Positions 38,559 through 52,127 are shown, counted from the first letter of the stretch. The stretch: DNA of 64,000 bases from Eledone cirrhosa (GCA_964016885.1 OZ024741.1:85746001-85810000); one strand, 5' to 3'. The notes: generated by a model not told the origin, from the letters alone. Numbers and translations: made by a program.

Positions 38559-39386
38559 TATGTGTGTGTGTGTGCGTGTGTGTGTGTGTTAACATATGTT
38601 CCAACCCGGTGTTTATTCCGGTTTCATTGGCGTTAAGCTACTGAGAAGAGAGGAATTTCCCTCTGGACATGACACCATTCCATCGCATGATTAATCCCCT
38701 TGTTGCTATTACAGCTGTTGGTGGTGGTGGTGGTGGAACACATTTTCGGATGACTGGAATGGAGTAACGTGAAGTGAAGTGTTTTGCTCAAGAACACAAT
38801 GTGCCTCTCCATCCAGGAACCGATCGTAAGCCCAACATCCTAACCACATGGTCATTGAAACCTGTTAGAACTATCAGTCAGATGAATAGCTGAAAGGTCA
38901 TTGATCAGGGTCATTCCTGCCATGATCACACTGTTTTTTTTGTTTGTTTTTTTAAGCGTATGTCTATAATTACTTTATTCGGTGTTTCTTTAAGACAATA
39001 GTACTAAATAAATGAATCATAATCCATTAGGTATGTATACACATGCAATAGATGGGCTCTTTCATCCATTACCCCTATATTTATTGCCTCAACAAATTAA
39101 GAACAACGACCTATTTCTATTTATATGCTCGAAAACAAAGTGCCATTAACTGATGAAGTCGTAGGCGCACCGTCGTGACACACTGTCTGTCTGGGGCATT
39201 CATCAACATAGGATTATATACAATGGTATCTATGCTGAACATAATACATTTAAAGTAGCATGTTCTTATATATATATATGTGGGCGGGGGGGGGGGGGGG
39301 TAAAAGGTAAACAGAAATAACAACACAATCGGTACAGTATATGGAAGGGATATATTAGGTTAACGCTTGATATATCAGTAAGGGGG

Positions 39387-39423
39387 TCTTACCGTTTCGG
39401 ACGCTAGTCCTTCATCAGAAGAA
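39387..39423 (-). ncRNA. Minimal hammerhead-like motif
   Basis: The reverse complement reads tctt-CTGATGA-a-ggac-tagc-gtcc-GAAAC-g-GTA-aga; stem I is weak. Confidence 0.55.
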
Positions 39424-40065
39424 AGAATAAGAAATAAGATAGATTGAGGGTACGGGCGGGTTGGAATTGGAAAAAATGTCTTTAGATAAAAGTAACAGGT
39501 CCATTCATGTTGACATCTCTTGCAAAACTGTTGGTGCTGGCGTTTTGTGTATGATTTGTTTTAGAAAAGTGGATGATGGAGCGCGTTAATTAAAAAAAAA
39601 ACACATAGGAGAAATATAGAAAACAGAAAGCTCGTAAACACAAACACAAGGACAATTCCCGATCATCGGCTGTCTTCTGGGGATCATTGTAGTTTCGGAT
39701 GCTTTATAGGACAGGACTATTCACCACCAGTGCATCATTTGTTATCCAGGGATAGCTATTCGGGAAGAAAACACAACAAAAGACAAAATGGAGTAGAAGT
39801 TTTGTCAAAACAAAAGATAAGATGGAATAGAAGTTTAAGACCAGAAAGAAGAGGAGGCACGATAGAGAATATTCATCGAGGAAGTCATAGAATGTGTGAT
39901 GAAAGAATGTTGACAAACGAATGAATAACGAGCAATAAAGATAATATGACAATTATATGGTGCGTGTGTTTCTTTTTATTGACAATACTGGAAACATCAT
40001 CAGCCCCAAACATAACAATATCGGTTTCAATACACGATTTTGCAGAACAAATACATAAACGTGTA

Positions 40066-40233
40066 TATATATAAGACAGTATATATAGAAAATACACAAA
40101 GGGGTATGTGTTCGATCATAGGGGATAGAATACCACCAGAGTGAAAAACATTGTTTTTCACTCTGGTGGTATTCTATCCCCTATGATCGAACACATACCT
40201 CTTTGTGTATTTGTTTCTACATACTGTCATATA
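40066..40233. repeat. Near-perfect palindrome
   Basis: ggtatgtgttcgatcataggggatagaataccaccagagtgaaaaaca-t-tgtttttcactctggtggtattctatcccctatgatcgaacacatacc, centre ~40151. Confidence 0.9.
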
Positions 40234-40853
40234 AAGCGCCCGGAATCTATTCCTTGAGCTCATTAAATTATATGGGATTAACGCGAGTCTTTAACTCTGT
40301 TTATTAATTTGATATATATATATATGTGTGTGCATGTGTGTGCTGAATATAACAAGCTACAGGAGAAATTCACACAAAATCAGAGACGAGCTTACATACT
40401 GAGGCATATCTGAGGATCTTTCGATTCCAGAGTCAGGTTCGATCAATAATAGATCGTTCCTCGAGCTGATTGACAGTGAAACATAGGTAATATGTTATGA
40501 TGCAACACTGACTCTTTGCTCTTTTATTCTTATACTATATATGTGTGTATGTGTATATATATAAATGTAATCTGAGTTTTTCGAATATTAATAATATGCA
40601 AACAGCCTCTTTTTTAAACAGTAGAATGAACCCCTCATTCTTGCTCTTATGTTGGCATGTAAACAGGACTGCAGACACTAATGTTTCTGGGTATCACCCT
40701 TCATCATGGCAGTTCACTATTCACCTGCCAACTGTCAATATATATATATATTGCTTCTATATGACTGCCTGTCGGCATCTTCTGCTCTTTTTCTCTCTCT
40801 GCGGTACCATAAAGCAATGAGTGTTATCCGAGGCGTGGTTATTGCTCTCTAAC

Positions 40854-40946
<93 letters not shown>

Positions 40947-41113
40947 TATTCTACCTCTGTATTTGTCTATTATAATCAATACCAATTCTAATGTCAAATA
41001 AAACAACTATCAACACCTCAAGTACAACTGCAATACTGCATCGTTTACATTCTTCTTTCTTTTCTTCATTGTTTTCATCTCTCTTTCGCTTCTTTTTCTT
41101 TTCTTTGTCTTCA

Positions 41114-41163
<50 letters not shown>

Positions 41164-41395
41164 TGTTTCTTTTTGTTTTTTCTTTTGCTTCTTTTTTCTT
41201 CTACTTCTTTTCTGCTTTTAACCTACTTCTTTCACCCCACCCCTCCATTCCCTGTTCCTAGTATCGAGTACTCTGCTGAATAGTAGTCTTACTAGTTTAA
41301 AACCGATAAAATCCTGATCTGTGTGTATATGTATGTGTGTGTATGTGTGTGTCCTCTCATCTCTCTGATTTTGGTTTACTATATATATAAATGTG

Positions 41396-41610
41396 AAGGC
41401 GTGTGGCTGAGTGGTTAGGGAATTGGATTCGCAATCGTAAGATTGTGAGTTCGATTCCTGGACCAGGCGATGCGTTATGTCTTTGAGCAAGACACTTTAT
41501 TTCACGTTGCTCCTTCTACCTGGAGTTGCGACCGATAGATAGTATTAGCAATTGGAAAGACCAAAGGAAACATTGTTCCCTCGGTCCGATTTGACGAAAG
41601 TCGATCGTTC
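41396..41610 (+). mobile_element. tRNA-headed SINE (second family)
   Basis: Highly similar to 37007-37220. Confidence 0.7.
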
Positions 41611-42317
41611 CTTTTATATATATAATATACATTTCTAAATACATTACTTTTATCAAACTATAACATGGCCTCACACCTTGTTCCCCTCCCTGTGTGTGAC
41701 CTAACTCTCATTATGTGACATGCAATACCCAGATTAGCTTTATTACTATACTGTATAATTGCAGCTTTCTGCAATTACATGTGCGTGTGCCTTTTTATGT
41801 TTGTGTGTGTTATCCGATATTACTACATTATATTAAATTTATAATTTCTGGGGTTAATTATGTTAAACTCGTCTTGTCAAACGTTTAATGAAACTTATCT
41901 AATAATAATTAAACCTTATATCATAAGTGAAACGCTCCTATTACAGTCCACCAACAACAACACCAACACCAAAGCCTACTACAAGATCAACACCAACACG
42001 ACCACCATCAACACCTCCGCCATCACTATAACCAAAAACACCATCTGTCTACCTGAGAAGCTGTTTATGTAAATATATACGTACATATCTGCAATGACAA
42101 AAAATGGTGCACATTGAATTATCTCCACAACAATAGCAAACGACTTAATTCTTCTTGCGATGTTCTCACGTTTCGAAGGACCTTTTAAAGAACTGGCCTT
42201 CTTCATTCCTCGAGGAAAGTGATCAGTTTCTTTCTGATGATTTGCTCCATGACCTTACTGATATGTGACGTCAGGAAGACTGGCCTATAGGTTTTGGCCT
42301 CTGCTCTGCTACCTCCT

Positions 42318-42590
42318 TTATGGATAGGGCATATCCCTGGGTAGTCTACCGCTAGCCAAGGAGCTTCTGAAGAACGTCGTCAGTGGAGTTGCTAAGGCCC
42401 GCTTACATGTTTTTAAGAGGACTGCTGGGAATCCATCAGGTCCAGCAGCTGAGTCTGTTCTAAGTTCATCTATGGCGTATACCACATCCTCCTCCGTTAT
42501 GTCTATGTGGTTGATGGTCGCCATTTCTTCATGGAGTGTTGTGGCATCAAAGAAATCCTCTGGCATTGTTATTTGCATGTGCCTCAGTGG
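42318..42590 (-). mobile_element. CR1/L2-group LINE ORF2 fragment
   Basis: [42 protein letters not shown]. Confidence 0.75.
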
Positions 42591-42617
42591 ACATATATAT
42601 ATATGTATATATATGTT

Positions 42618-42666
<49 letters not shown>

Positions 42667-42671
42667 GTTTG

Positions 42672-42729
<58 letters not shown>

Positions 42730-42730
<1 letters not shown>

Positions 42731-43000
42731 AAGGCGGGTAAAATTCCCGAGATCCATGGACGAGTTCTCTCCAGCGGTCTCTGTCCCTCATTATCGCTGC
42801 CATGTCCTGCGTCTCCAACAGACCAGTGTCTGTCCTTAGGGCATCAACATACGTTAACCTTGGTCTTCCCCTTCTAGTGTGTCCAAAGGAGCACTGAGTG
42901 CAATGTCAACTCTGGATGTCGGTGAGCATGTCCAGCTAACCTCAGTCTCCTCTGTGTCACTTTTGAGCTGACTTTTGGGATGCTCCCATACAGCTCTGAG
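42730..43000 (-). mobile_element. RTE-type LINE 3' fragment
   Basis: ELYGSIPKVSSKVTQRRLRLAGHAHRHPEL..LLW. Confidence 0.65.
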
Positions 43001-43584
43001 GTGTGTGTTTGTGAATGTGTCTGCTGACATTTGGAATATAGCTTAAGAGAAACTTGAAGATAATGGTATGATAGGTACTCAATATTTTGAACTGGTCTAT
43101 AGAATTCTCTAGGCCTTGTCACTCTAAGTAGAACCTTAAAGAATTTCCCTTTTCTTTAAATCCATCAACCATGACTGAGCCCAACGATCTTATAGACACC
43201 TGAAATATAGGCATTGTTAGCATAAGAGAAACTTAAAAATAAGGAGTGGCACCCCAATCTGAACTTGTTTATAGATTTCTTTCTGCCTTTGTTACTCTAA
43301 ATATAAATTATAGCTTTAAAGAATTAGCTTTTAATGAATTCCCTTTTCTATCAACCAATGACCTCTAGCCATCCCACTCCCTACCCTCTCCTACCACCTG
43401 AAGAGACCTATAAATACCATATTTATTTTTTGATACCCAGATTTGTATGGCATAAATTCAGGCTGTTCGGTTTGTTGACAAACAAACGAACAAAGCGGCG
43501 TTGTAATAAACGTCCGCTAAACTGATGCGTGCATATATGTATGTGTACCTGTATGTATATATGTATATATATGTATATATACAT

Positions 43585-43658
<74 letters not shown>

Positions 43659-43814
43659 GCATGCTACTGTACGTCTGTATACATATATGTATGTACGTAT
43701 ACATACATACTTACATTTAAGTAAGTGCCATACTAAGAGTGAGAAATGAAATTTCGTTTTCATTTTTTTCAACTTATCGTTTTCGGTATGCCTGACCGAT
43801 TTAACTCACTCAAT

Positions 43815-43822
43815 ATGCAAAT
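43815..43822 (+). promoter_or_regulatory. Octamer motif ATGCAAAT (one per array unit, also in the monomer)
   Basis: Exact octamer 88 nt upstream of the HHR core; function not shown. Confidence 0.35.
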
Positions 43823-44109
43823 TAGGCTGCTCAGCCGTTAATTTTCATAAGGAAAGTATATACTTTCGAACGTTCAACTATCTGGCAGATGGGTAAACGG
43901 TGCTGATGATAGCTAACAAGCTTGAAACTAGCACATCGTTCCTGTGTCAGTGTTGAACAAAAAGGTGACGTGGTTGCCTTAACACCGTATGGCATAAATT
44001 CAGGCTGTTCGGTTTGTTGACAAACAAACGAACAAAGCGGCGTTGTAATAAACGTCCGCTAAACTGATGCGTGCATATATGTATGTGTACCTGTATGTAT
44101 ATATGTATA

Positions 44110-44150
<41 letters not shown>

Positions 44151-44387
44151 GCATGCTACTGTACGTCTGTATACATATATGTATGTACGTATACATACAT
44201 ACTTACATTTAAGTAAGTGCCATACTAAGAGTGAGAAATGAAATTTCGTTTTCATTTTTTTCAACTTATCGTTTTCGGTATGCCTGACCGATTTAACTCA
44301 CTCAATATGCAAATTAGGCTGCTCAGCCGTTAATTTTCATAAGGAAAGTATATACTTTCGAACGTTCAACTATCTGGCAGATGGGTA

Positions 44388-44432
44388 AACGGTGCTGATG
44401 ATAGCTAACAAGCTTGAAACTAGTACATCGTT
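44388..44432 (+). ncRNA. Representative minimal type I hammerhead of the array (11 copies)
   Basis: aacggtg-CTGATGA-t-agct-aaca-agct-t-GAAA-ctag-TA-catcgtt: 7-bp stem I, palindromic ACTAGT stem III, predicted cleavage after A44425. Confidence 0.82.
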
Positions 44433-44601
44433 CCTGTGTCAGTGTTGAACAAAAAGGTGACGTGGTTGCCTTAACACCGTATGGCATAAATTCAGGCTGT
44501 TCGGTTTGTTGACAAACAAACGAACAAAGCGGCGTTGTAATAAACGTCCGCTAAACTGATGCGTGCATATATGTATGTGTACCTGTATGTATATATGTAT
44601 A

Positions 44602-44655
<54 letters not shown>

Positions 44656-45103
44656 TGCTACTGTACGTCTGTATACATATATGTATGTACGTATACATAC
44701 ATACTTACATTTAAGTAAGTGCCATACTAAGAGTGAGAAATGAAATTTCGTTTTCATTTTTTTCAACTTATCGTTTTCGGTATGCCTGACCGATTTAACT
44801 CACTCAATATGCAAATTAGGCTGCTCAGCCGTTAATTTTCATAAGGAAAGTATATACTTTCGAACGTTCAACTATCTGGCAGATGGGTAAACGGTGCTGA
44901 TGATAGCTAACAAGCTTGAAACTAGTACATCGTTCCTGTGTCAGTGTTGAACAAAAAGGTGACGTGGTTGCCTTAACACCGTATGGCATAAATTCAGGCT
45001 GTTCGGTTTGTTGACAAACAAACGAACAAAGCGGCGTTGTAATAAACGTCCGCTAAACTGATGCGTGCATATATGTATGTGTACCTGTATGTATATATGT
45101 ATA

Positions 45104-45154
<51 letters not shown>

Positions 45155-46087
45155 GCATGCTACTGTACGTCTGTATACATATATGTATGTACGTATACAT
45201 ACATACTTACATTTAAGTAAGTGCCATACTAAGAGTGAGAAATGAAATTTCGTTTTCATTTTTTTCAACTTATCGTTTTCGGTATGCCTGACCGATTTAA
45301 CTCACTCAATATGCAAATTAGGCTGCTCAGCCGTTAATTTTCATAAGGAAAGTACATACTTTCGAACGTTCAACTATCTGGCAGATGGGTAAACGGTGCT
45401 GATGATAGCTAACAAGCTTGAAACTAGTACATCGTTCCTGTGTCAGTGTTGAACAAAAAGGTGACGTGGTTGCCTTAACACCGTATGGCATAAATTCAGG
45501 CTGTTCGGTTTGTTGACAAACAAACGAACAAAGCGGCGTTGTAATAAACGTCCGCTAAACTGATGCGTGCATATATGTATGTGTACCTGTATGTATGTAT
45601 GTATATATATGTATATATATATATATGTATATATATGCATGCTACTGTACGTCTGTATACATATATGTATGTACGTATACATACATACTTACATTTAAGT
45701 AAGTGCCATACTAAGAGTGAGAAATGAAATTTCGTTTTCATTTTTTTCAACTTATCGTTTTCGGTATGCCTGACCGATTTAACTCACTCAATATGCAAAT
45801 TAGGCTGCTCAGCCGTTAATTTTCATAAGGAAAGTATATACTTTCGAACGTTCAACTATCTGGCAGATGGGTAAACGGTGCTGATGATAGCTAACAAGCT
45901 TGAAACTAGTACATCGTTCCTGTGTCAGTGTTGAACAAAAAGGTGACGTGGTTGCCTTAACACCGTATGGCATAAATTCAGGCTGTTCGGTTTGTTGACA
46001 AACAAACGAACAAAGCGGCGTTGTAATAAACGTCCGCTAAACTGATGCGTGCATATATGTATGTGTACCTGTATGTATATATGTATA

Positions 46088-46148
<61 letters not shown>

Positions 46149-46599
46149 GCATGCTACTGTACGTCTGTATACATATATGTATGTACGTATACATACATAC
46201 TTACATTTAAGTAAGTGCCATACTAAGAGTGAGAAATGAAATTTCGTTTTCATTTTTTTCAACTTATCGTTTTCGGTATGCCTGACCGATTTAACTCACT
46301 CAATATGCAAATTAGGCTGCTCAGCCGTTAATTTTCATAAGGAAAGTATATACTTTCGAACGTTCAACTATCTGGCAGATGGGTAAACGGTGCTGATGAT
46401 AGCTAACAAGCTTGAAACTAGTACATCGTTCCTGTGTCAGTGTTGAACGAAAAGGTGACGTGGTTGCCTTAACACCGTATGGCATAAATTCAGGCTGTTC
46501 GGTTTGTTGACAAACAAACGAACAAAGCGGCGTTGTAATAAACGTCCGCTAAACTGATGCGTGCATATATGTATGTGTACCTGTATGTATATATGTATA

Positions 46600-46656
<57 letters not shown>

Positions 46657-47107
46657 GCATGCTACTGTACGTCTGTATACATATATGTATGTACGTATAC
46701 ATACATACTTACATTTAAGTAAGTGCCATACTAAGAGTGAGAAATGAAATTTCGTTTTCATTTTTTTCAACTTATCGTTTTCGGTATGCCTGACCGATTT
46801 AACTCACTCAATATGCAAATTAGGCTGCTCAGCCGTTAATTTTCATAAGGAAAGTATATACTTTCGAACGTTCAACTATCTGGCAGATGGGTAAACGGTG
46901 CTGATGATAGCTAACAAGCTTGAAACTAGTACATCGTTCCTGTGTCAGTGTTGAACAAAAAGGTGACGTGGTTGCCTTAACACCGTATGGCATAAATTCA
47001 GGCTGTTCGGTTTGTTGACAAACAAACGAACAAAGCGGCGTTGTAATAAACGTCCGTTAAACTGATGCGTGCATATATGTATGTGTACCTGTATGTATAT
47101 ATGTATA

Positions 47108-47162
<55 letters not shown>

Positions 47163-47613
47163 GCATGCTACTGTACGTCTGTATACATATATGTATGTAC
47201 GTATACATACATACTTACATTTAAGTAAGTGCCATACTAAGAGTGAGAAATGAAATTTCGTTTTCATTTTTTTCAACTTATCGTTTTCGGTATGCCTGAC
47301 CGATTTAACTCACTCAATATGCAAATTAGGCTGCTCAGCCGTTAATTTTCATAAGGAAAGTATATACTTTCGAACGTTCAACTATCTGGCAGATGGGTAA
47401 ACGGTGCTGATGATAGCTAACAAGCTTGAAACTAGTACATCGTTCCTGTGTCAGTGTTGAACAAAAAGGTGACGTGGTTGCCTTAACACCGTATGGCATA
47501 AATTCAGGCTGTTCGGTTTGTTGACAAACAAACGAACAAAGCGGCGTTGTAATAAACGTCCGCTAAACTGATGCGTGCATATATGTATGTGTACCTGTAT
47601 GTATATATGTATA

Positions 47614-47674
<61 letters not shown>

Positions 47675-48115
47675 GCATGCTACTGTACGTCTGTATACAT
47701 ATATGTATGTACGTATACATACATACTTACATTTAAGTAAGTGCCATACTAAGAGTGAGAAATGAAATTTCGTTTTCATTTCTTTCAACTTATCGTTTTC
47801 GGTATGCCTGACCGATTTAACTCACTCAATATGCAAATTAGGCTGCTCAGCCGTTAATTTTCATAAGGAAAGTATATACTTTCGAACGTTCAACTATCTG
47901 GCAGATGAGTAAACGGTGCTGATGATAGCTAACAAGCTTGAAACTAGTACATCGTTCCTGTGTCAGTGTTGAACAAAAAGGTGACGTGGTTGCCTTAACA
48001 CCGTATGGCATAAATTCAGGCTGTTCGGTTTGTTGACAAACAAACGAACAAAGCGGCGTTGTAATAAACGTCCGCTAAACTGATGCGTGCATATATGTAT
48101 GTGTACCTGTATGTA

Positions 48116-48164
<49 letters not shown>

Positions 48165-48615
48165 GCATGCTACTGTACGTCTGTATACATATATGTATGT
48201 ACGTATACATACATACTTACATTTAAGTAAGTGCCATACTAAGAGTGAAAAATGAAATTTCGTTTTCATTTTTTTCAACTTATCGTTTTCGGTATGCCTG
48301 ACCGATTTAACTCACTCAACATGCAAATTAGGCTGCTCAGCCGTTAATTTTCATAAGGAAAGTATATACTTTCGAACGTTCAACTATCTGGCAGATGGGT
48401 AAACGGTGCTGATGATAGCTAACAAGCTTGAAACTAGTACATCGTTCCTGTGTCAGTGTTGAACAAAAAGGTGACGTGGTTGCCTTAACACCGTATGGCA
48501 TAAATTCAGGCTGTTCGGTTTGTTGACAAACAAACGAACAAAGCGGCGTTGTAATAAACGTCCGCTAAACTGATGCGTGCATGTATGTATGTGTACCTGT
48601 ATGTATATATGTATA

Positions 48616-48677
<62 letters not shown>

Positions 48678-49124
48678 TGCTACTGTACGTCTGTATACAT
48701 ATATGTATGTACGTATACATACATACTTACATTTAAGTAAGTGCCATACTAAGAGTGAGAAATGAAATTTCGTTTTCATTTTTTTCAACTTATCGTTTTC
48801 GGTATGCCTGACCGATTTAACTCACTCAATATGCAAATTAGGCTGCTCAGCCGTTAATTTTCATAAGGAAAGTATATACTTTCGAACGTTCAACTATCTG
48901 GCAGATGGGTAAACGGTGCTGATGATAGCTAACAAGCTTGAAACTAGTACATCGTTCCTGTGTCAGTGTTGAACAAAAAGGTGACGTGGTTGCCTTAACA
49001 CCGTATGGCATAAATTCAGGCTGTTCGGTTTGTTGCAAACAAACGAACAAAGCGGCGTTGTAATAAACGTCCGCTAAATTGATGCGTGCATATATGTATG
49101 TGTACCCGTATGTATATATGTATA

Positions 49125-49186
<62 letters not shown>

Positions 49187-49269
49187 TGCTACTGTACGTC
49201 TGTATACATATATGTATGTACGTATACATACATACTTACATTTATATATATATGCATATATATATATAT

Positions 49270-49577
49270 ATATATGTATGTATACGTACATACATATATG
49301 TGTACAGTAGCATGTATATATATACATACAGGCACACATATATATATGCACGTATCAGTTTACCGAACATTTATTATAATGCTCGGTTTGTTCGTTTGTA
49401 ACGATAATAAATGTTCGGTAAACTGATACGTGCATATATATATGTGTGCCTGTATGTATATATATACATGCTACTCTACGTCTGTACACATATATGTATG
49501 TACGTATACATACATACTTACATTTAAGTAAGTGCCGTACTAAGAGTGAGAAATGAAATTTCGTTTCATTCTATTCC

Positions 49578-49581
<4 letters not shown>
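49270..49581. mobile_element. Inverted plus direct truncated copies of a sister subfamily at the array end
   Basis: Carries the variant gagcattataataaatgttcggtaaa seen in the 33.9-kb monomer, not the array variant, and ends at gtttcattctattccattt + (TA)n. Confidence 0.75.
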
Positions 49582-49615
<34 letters not shown>

Positions 49616-50139
49616 TCGTATATATATATATACTCCTATATATATATATATATATATATACTCATATGTATATATATACTCGTATATATATATACGAGTA
49701 TGTATATATATATATATATCGACATTATATACCCCCACCCAACCCTCAAAACATCGTCTTAAATTTTTCTCTACATTGCTGCCATTTTCTTTTGTCTAAT
49801 TTTCATTCCGTTTTTAAAGCTTCCGGAAAAGTTTGACTTAATCTTGTCTTATTGTTTGTATCAGACAAAAGAAAAGGTTCGTCACGTGGTGTTGTTAACA
49901 CTATAGAAATACTATTAGCTTCATTTTTTACTGGTGTTTTCTTTTCTCGTAAGCAACATCACCATAGATAGCAGCAGTCCTTGTTGTTGTTGTTGTAGTT
50001 TTTATCGTTGGTGTTGTCAAATTAGATTTGAAAATCGTATCTGTTTATATAATATATGTACGTCTATTTGTCTGTTTATGTGTGTCTTCTATCTGTCTGT
50101 ATATGTGTGTCTTCTATCTGTCTGTATACCTATCTATAT

Positions 50140-50580
50140 GTTCAAATCCCGGAGTTCAAGTCAAGCTGAGGTTAACTTTGCCTTTTATCCTTACGGTGTC
50201 GATAAAATAAAGCACCAGTAATGAACTGGGACAATTGCTGGCCTTGTGCCAAAAGTAGAAACATTATAGCCCTTGTGGCAAATAAAGAAACCTATCTATA
50301 TGTTTATCTCTGTTTATGTAACTATATATCTGTTTCTATCTATATAGCTCTTTGTCTTTCCCATGTGTATGTGTCTGTGTGTTTGAAATAATTGTTTCTA
50401 CTTTTGGCACAAGGTCAGCAATTTAAAGTGAATGGGAAACTCGATGAAATCGACTCCAATGCGTTACTGGTACTTCATTTTATCGACCCGGTAAGGATGA
50501 AAAGCAAAGTTAACCACAGCGGGATTTGAACTCAGAACGTTAAAGGCTATAACTACATGTTGCAGAGCAAGTTGTCCATA
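50140..50580. mobile_element. Two copies of the abundant tRNA SINE (+ then -)
   Basis: ctttgccttttatcc..gtcgataaaataaagcaccagt and ggatttgaactcaga. Confidence 0.7.
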
Positions 50581-50620
50581 ATTCTCTTTTTTATATAGCT
50601 ATGAATTGAATACTTTATTT

Positions 50621-50647
50621 CCCGGTCCATGCCGGGTATGATTCTAG
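50621..50647 (+). mobile_element. Isolated Helitron-like 3' terminus
   Basis: Hairpin cccgg-tccatg-ccggg followed by CTAG|T. Confidence 0.45.
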
Positions 50648-51639
50648 TATTTCCTAAATGTATGCCATGTATATGATGAAATTCACTTAGTTTGCAGACT
50701 ATCGATATTTAATAAGTAGGTGTAGGTGTGTGTGTGTGTGTGTGTGAGTTTTTTCTTTAGGCTTGTATATGTGTGCACGTGTGTATTTGCGCGTGGGGGA
50801 GGGATATATTAATACGCACAATCAAATCGGGAAAAAAAGCAAATAATGATGTACCAGCTGGTCAATCAATTGACAAATGTTATTAAATTGATGTTTACGA
50901 CCACCGCCAGATGGCATGCAAATTGGTTGAAGTGACGCTAAATCTTCGAGGGTTACATAAAAAAAAATGAAAGAATGTTATACATAATTCATTTTGAAGG
51001 TGCGTAGCCTAGTGGTCTGACTGTTCAACTCACAATCATAAGGTCGTGGGTTCCATTCTTAAGCGGGGCAGCATGCGATTGGGCAAGATGCTTCATTTTA
51101 TGTTGCTTTTTAATGATAAGATTTCGAACATTGAAACACCCAAAACATTTCCGACATGATGTAACCTCGTAGGTGATCACTTAAATCTATATCTGCCCAA
51201 TAAAACCCTACGGGGTGAAGCTTATTCTTCCCTCAGTATCGAATGAGTGTCACTGATGACGAATAAAGAACACAGAAACACGTGTCATATGGTCCTACAC
51301 GGCTACTAAGATAGGTGTATCATGATCATAATTTAAAGGATTCATAGCGACACTTATTTTTGTTTATTATACATAAACATATCGTATATGAAATACGTGA
51401 AGTTGTATATTTGGCGACCTACGGTATGTTTACTTTGAAAGCCTTCCACTAATAATTTGAAAACTGAAATCATAGCGCCATCTAGTGTGTTCCAACAGAA
51501 GCTAAGTACGGGCAACCAGTGATGATAACCTCATAATTTTTTACTTTAGTCGTTATCAAACTGGTACTGCCAACCGCATACTGTTCGAACATAATATAAG
51601 CCAAAACATAGTTTAGAAGCCTATTTACGTCTTTATATA

Positions 51640-52127
51640 TAGGGTGGTCTGAAAGTCCTGTCACCCCTCCCAAAAAGTAATGAGAAACAGTTTATGTTTC
51701 CATCGCAGTATTGTCCTCTTCGGAGGAGCTGGTTTGCCGAATCTTACAGTGAAGTCATGTCGCACATCCTCCATGCTCTTCCCAGAATGCACACGATCAT
51801 GTGTCCATACACTTGCAAGCAGCCTCTCTTCCAAACTGTAGGAGCTCGTGTCAGCCATCTGAAATAAAAATATTATTATATATTATAATTAATGATATTA
51901 TATATTATATTATTAAAACAAAAAATAATTGTTTCTACTTTAGGCACAAGGCCAGCAAATACCCAGTGCATTACTGGTACTTTATTTTATCGACCCCGTA
52001 AGGATGAAAGGCAAAGTCAACCTCGGCGGGATTTGAACTCAGATCGTAAAGGGACGTAACTATGCTAAAAATAATGAAAGTTAAAACAATATGTGACAAG
52101 GGGTGACAAGACTTTCGGACCACCCTC
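51640..52127 (-). mobile_element. Tc1/mariner internal-deletion derivative with nested SINE
   Basis: ~28-bp TIRs agggtggtctgaaagtcctgtcacccct / aggggtgacaagactttcggaccaccct with TA flanks. N-terminal HTH remnant MADTSSYSLEERL..FTVRFGKPAPPKRTILRWKHKLF (51661-51858); SINE at ~51925-52065. Confidence 0.82.

Larger units (their letters stand above)
43445..49243 (+). repeat. ~11.5-copy tandem array of a ~500-bp non-coding unit, each with a hammerhead and an octamer
   Basis: HHR cores start at 43903, 44395, 44897, 45399, 45881, 46393, 46901, 47407, 47919, 48409 and 48919. Spacing is 482-512 bp and varies with the internal (TA)n length. Confidence 0.95.

Noticed and set aside
43423-49426. Repeated small ORFs ([13 protein letters not shown]...) as a peptide gene cluster
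   Set aside because: Frames shift with TA length from unit to unit and there is no coding signature.
51247-51292. CTGATGA...GAAACACGTGTC motif
   Set aside because: The core and palindromic stem III are present, but stems I and II do not pair; at best a dead remnant.
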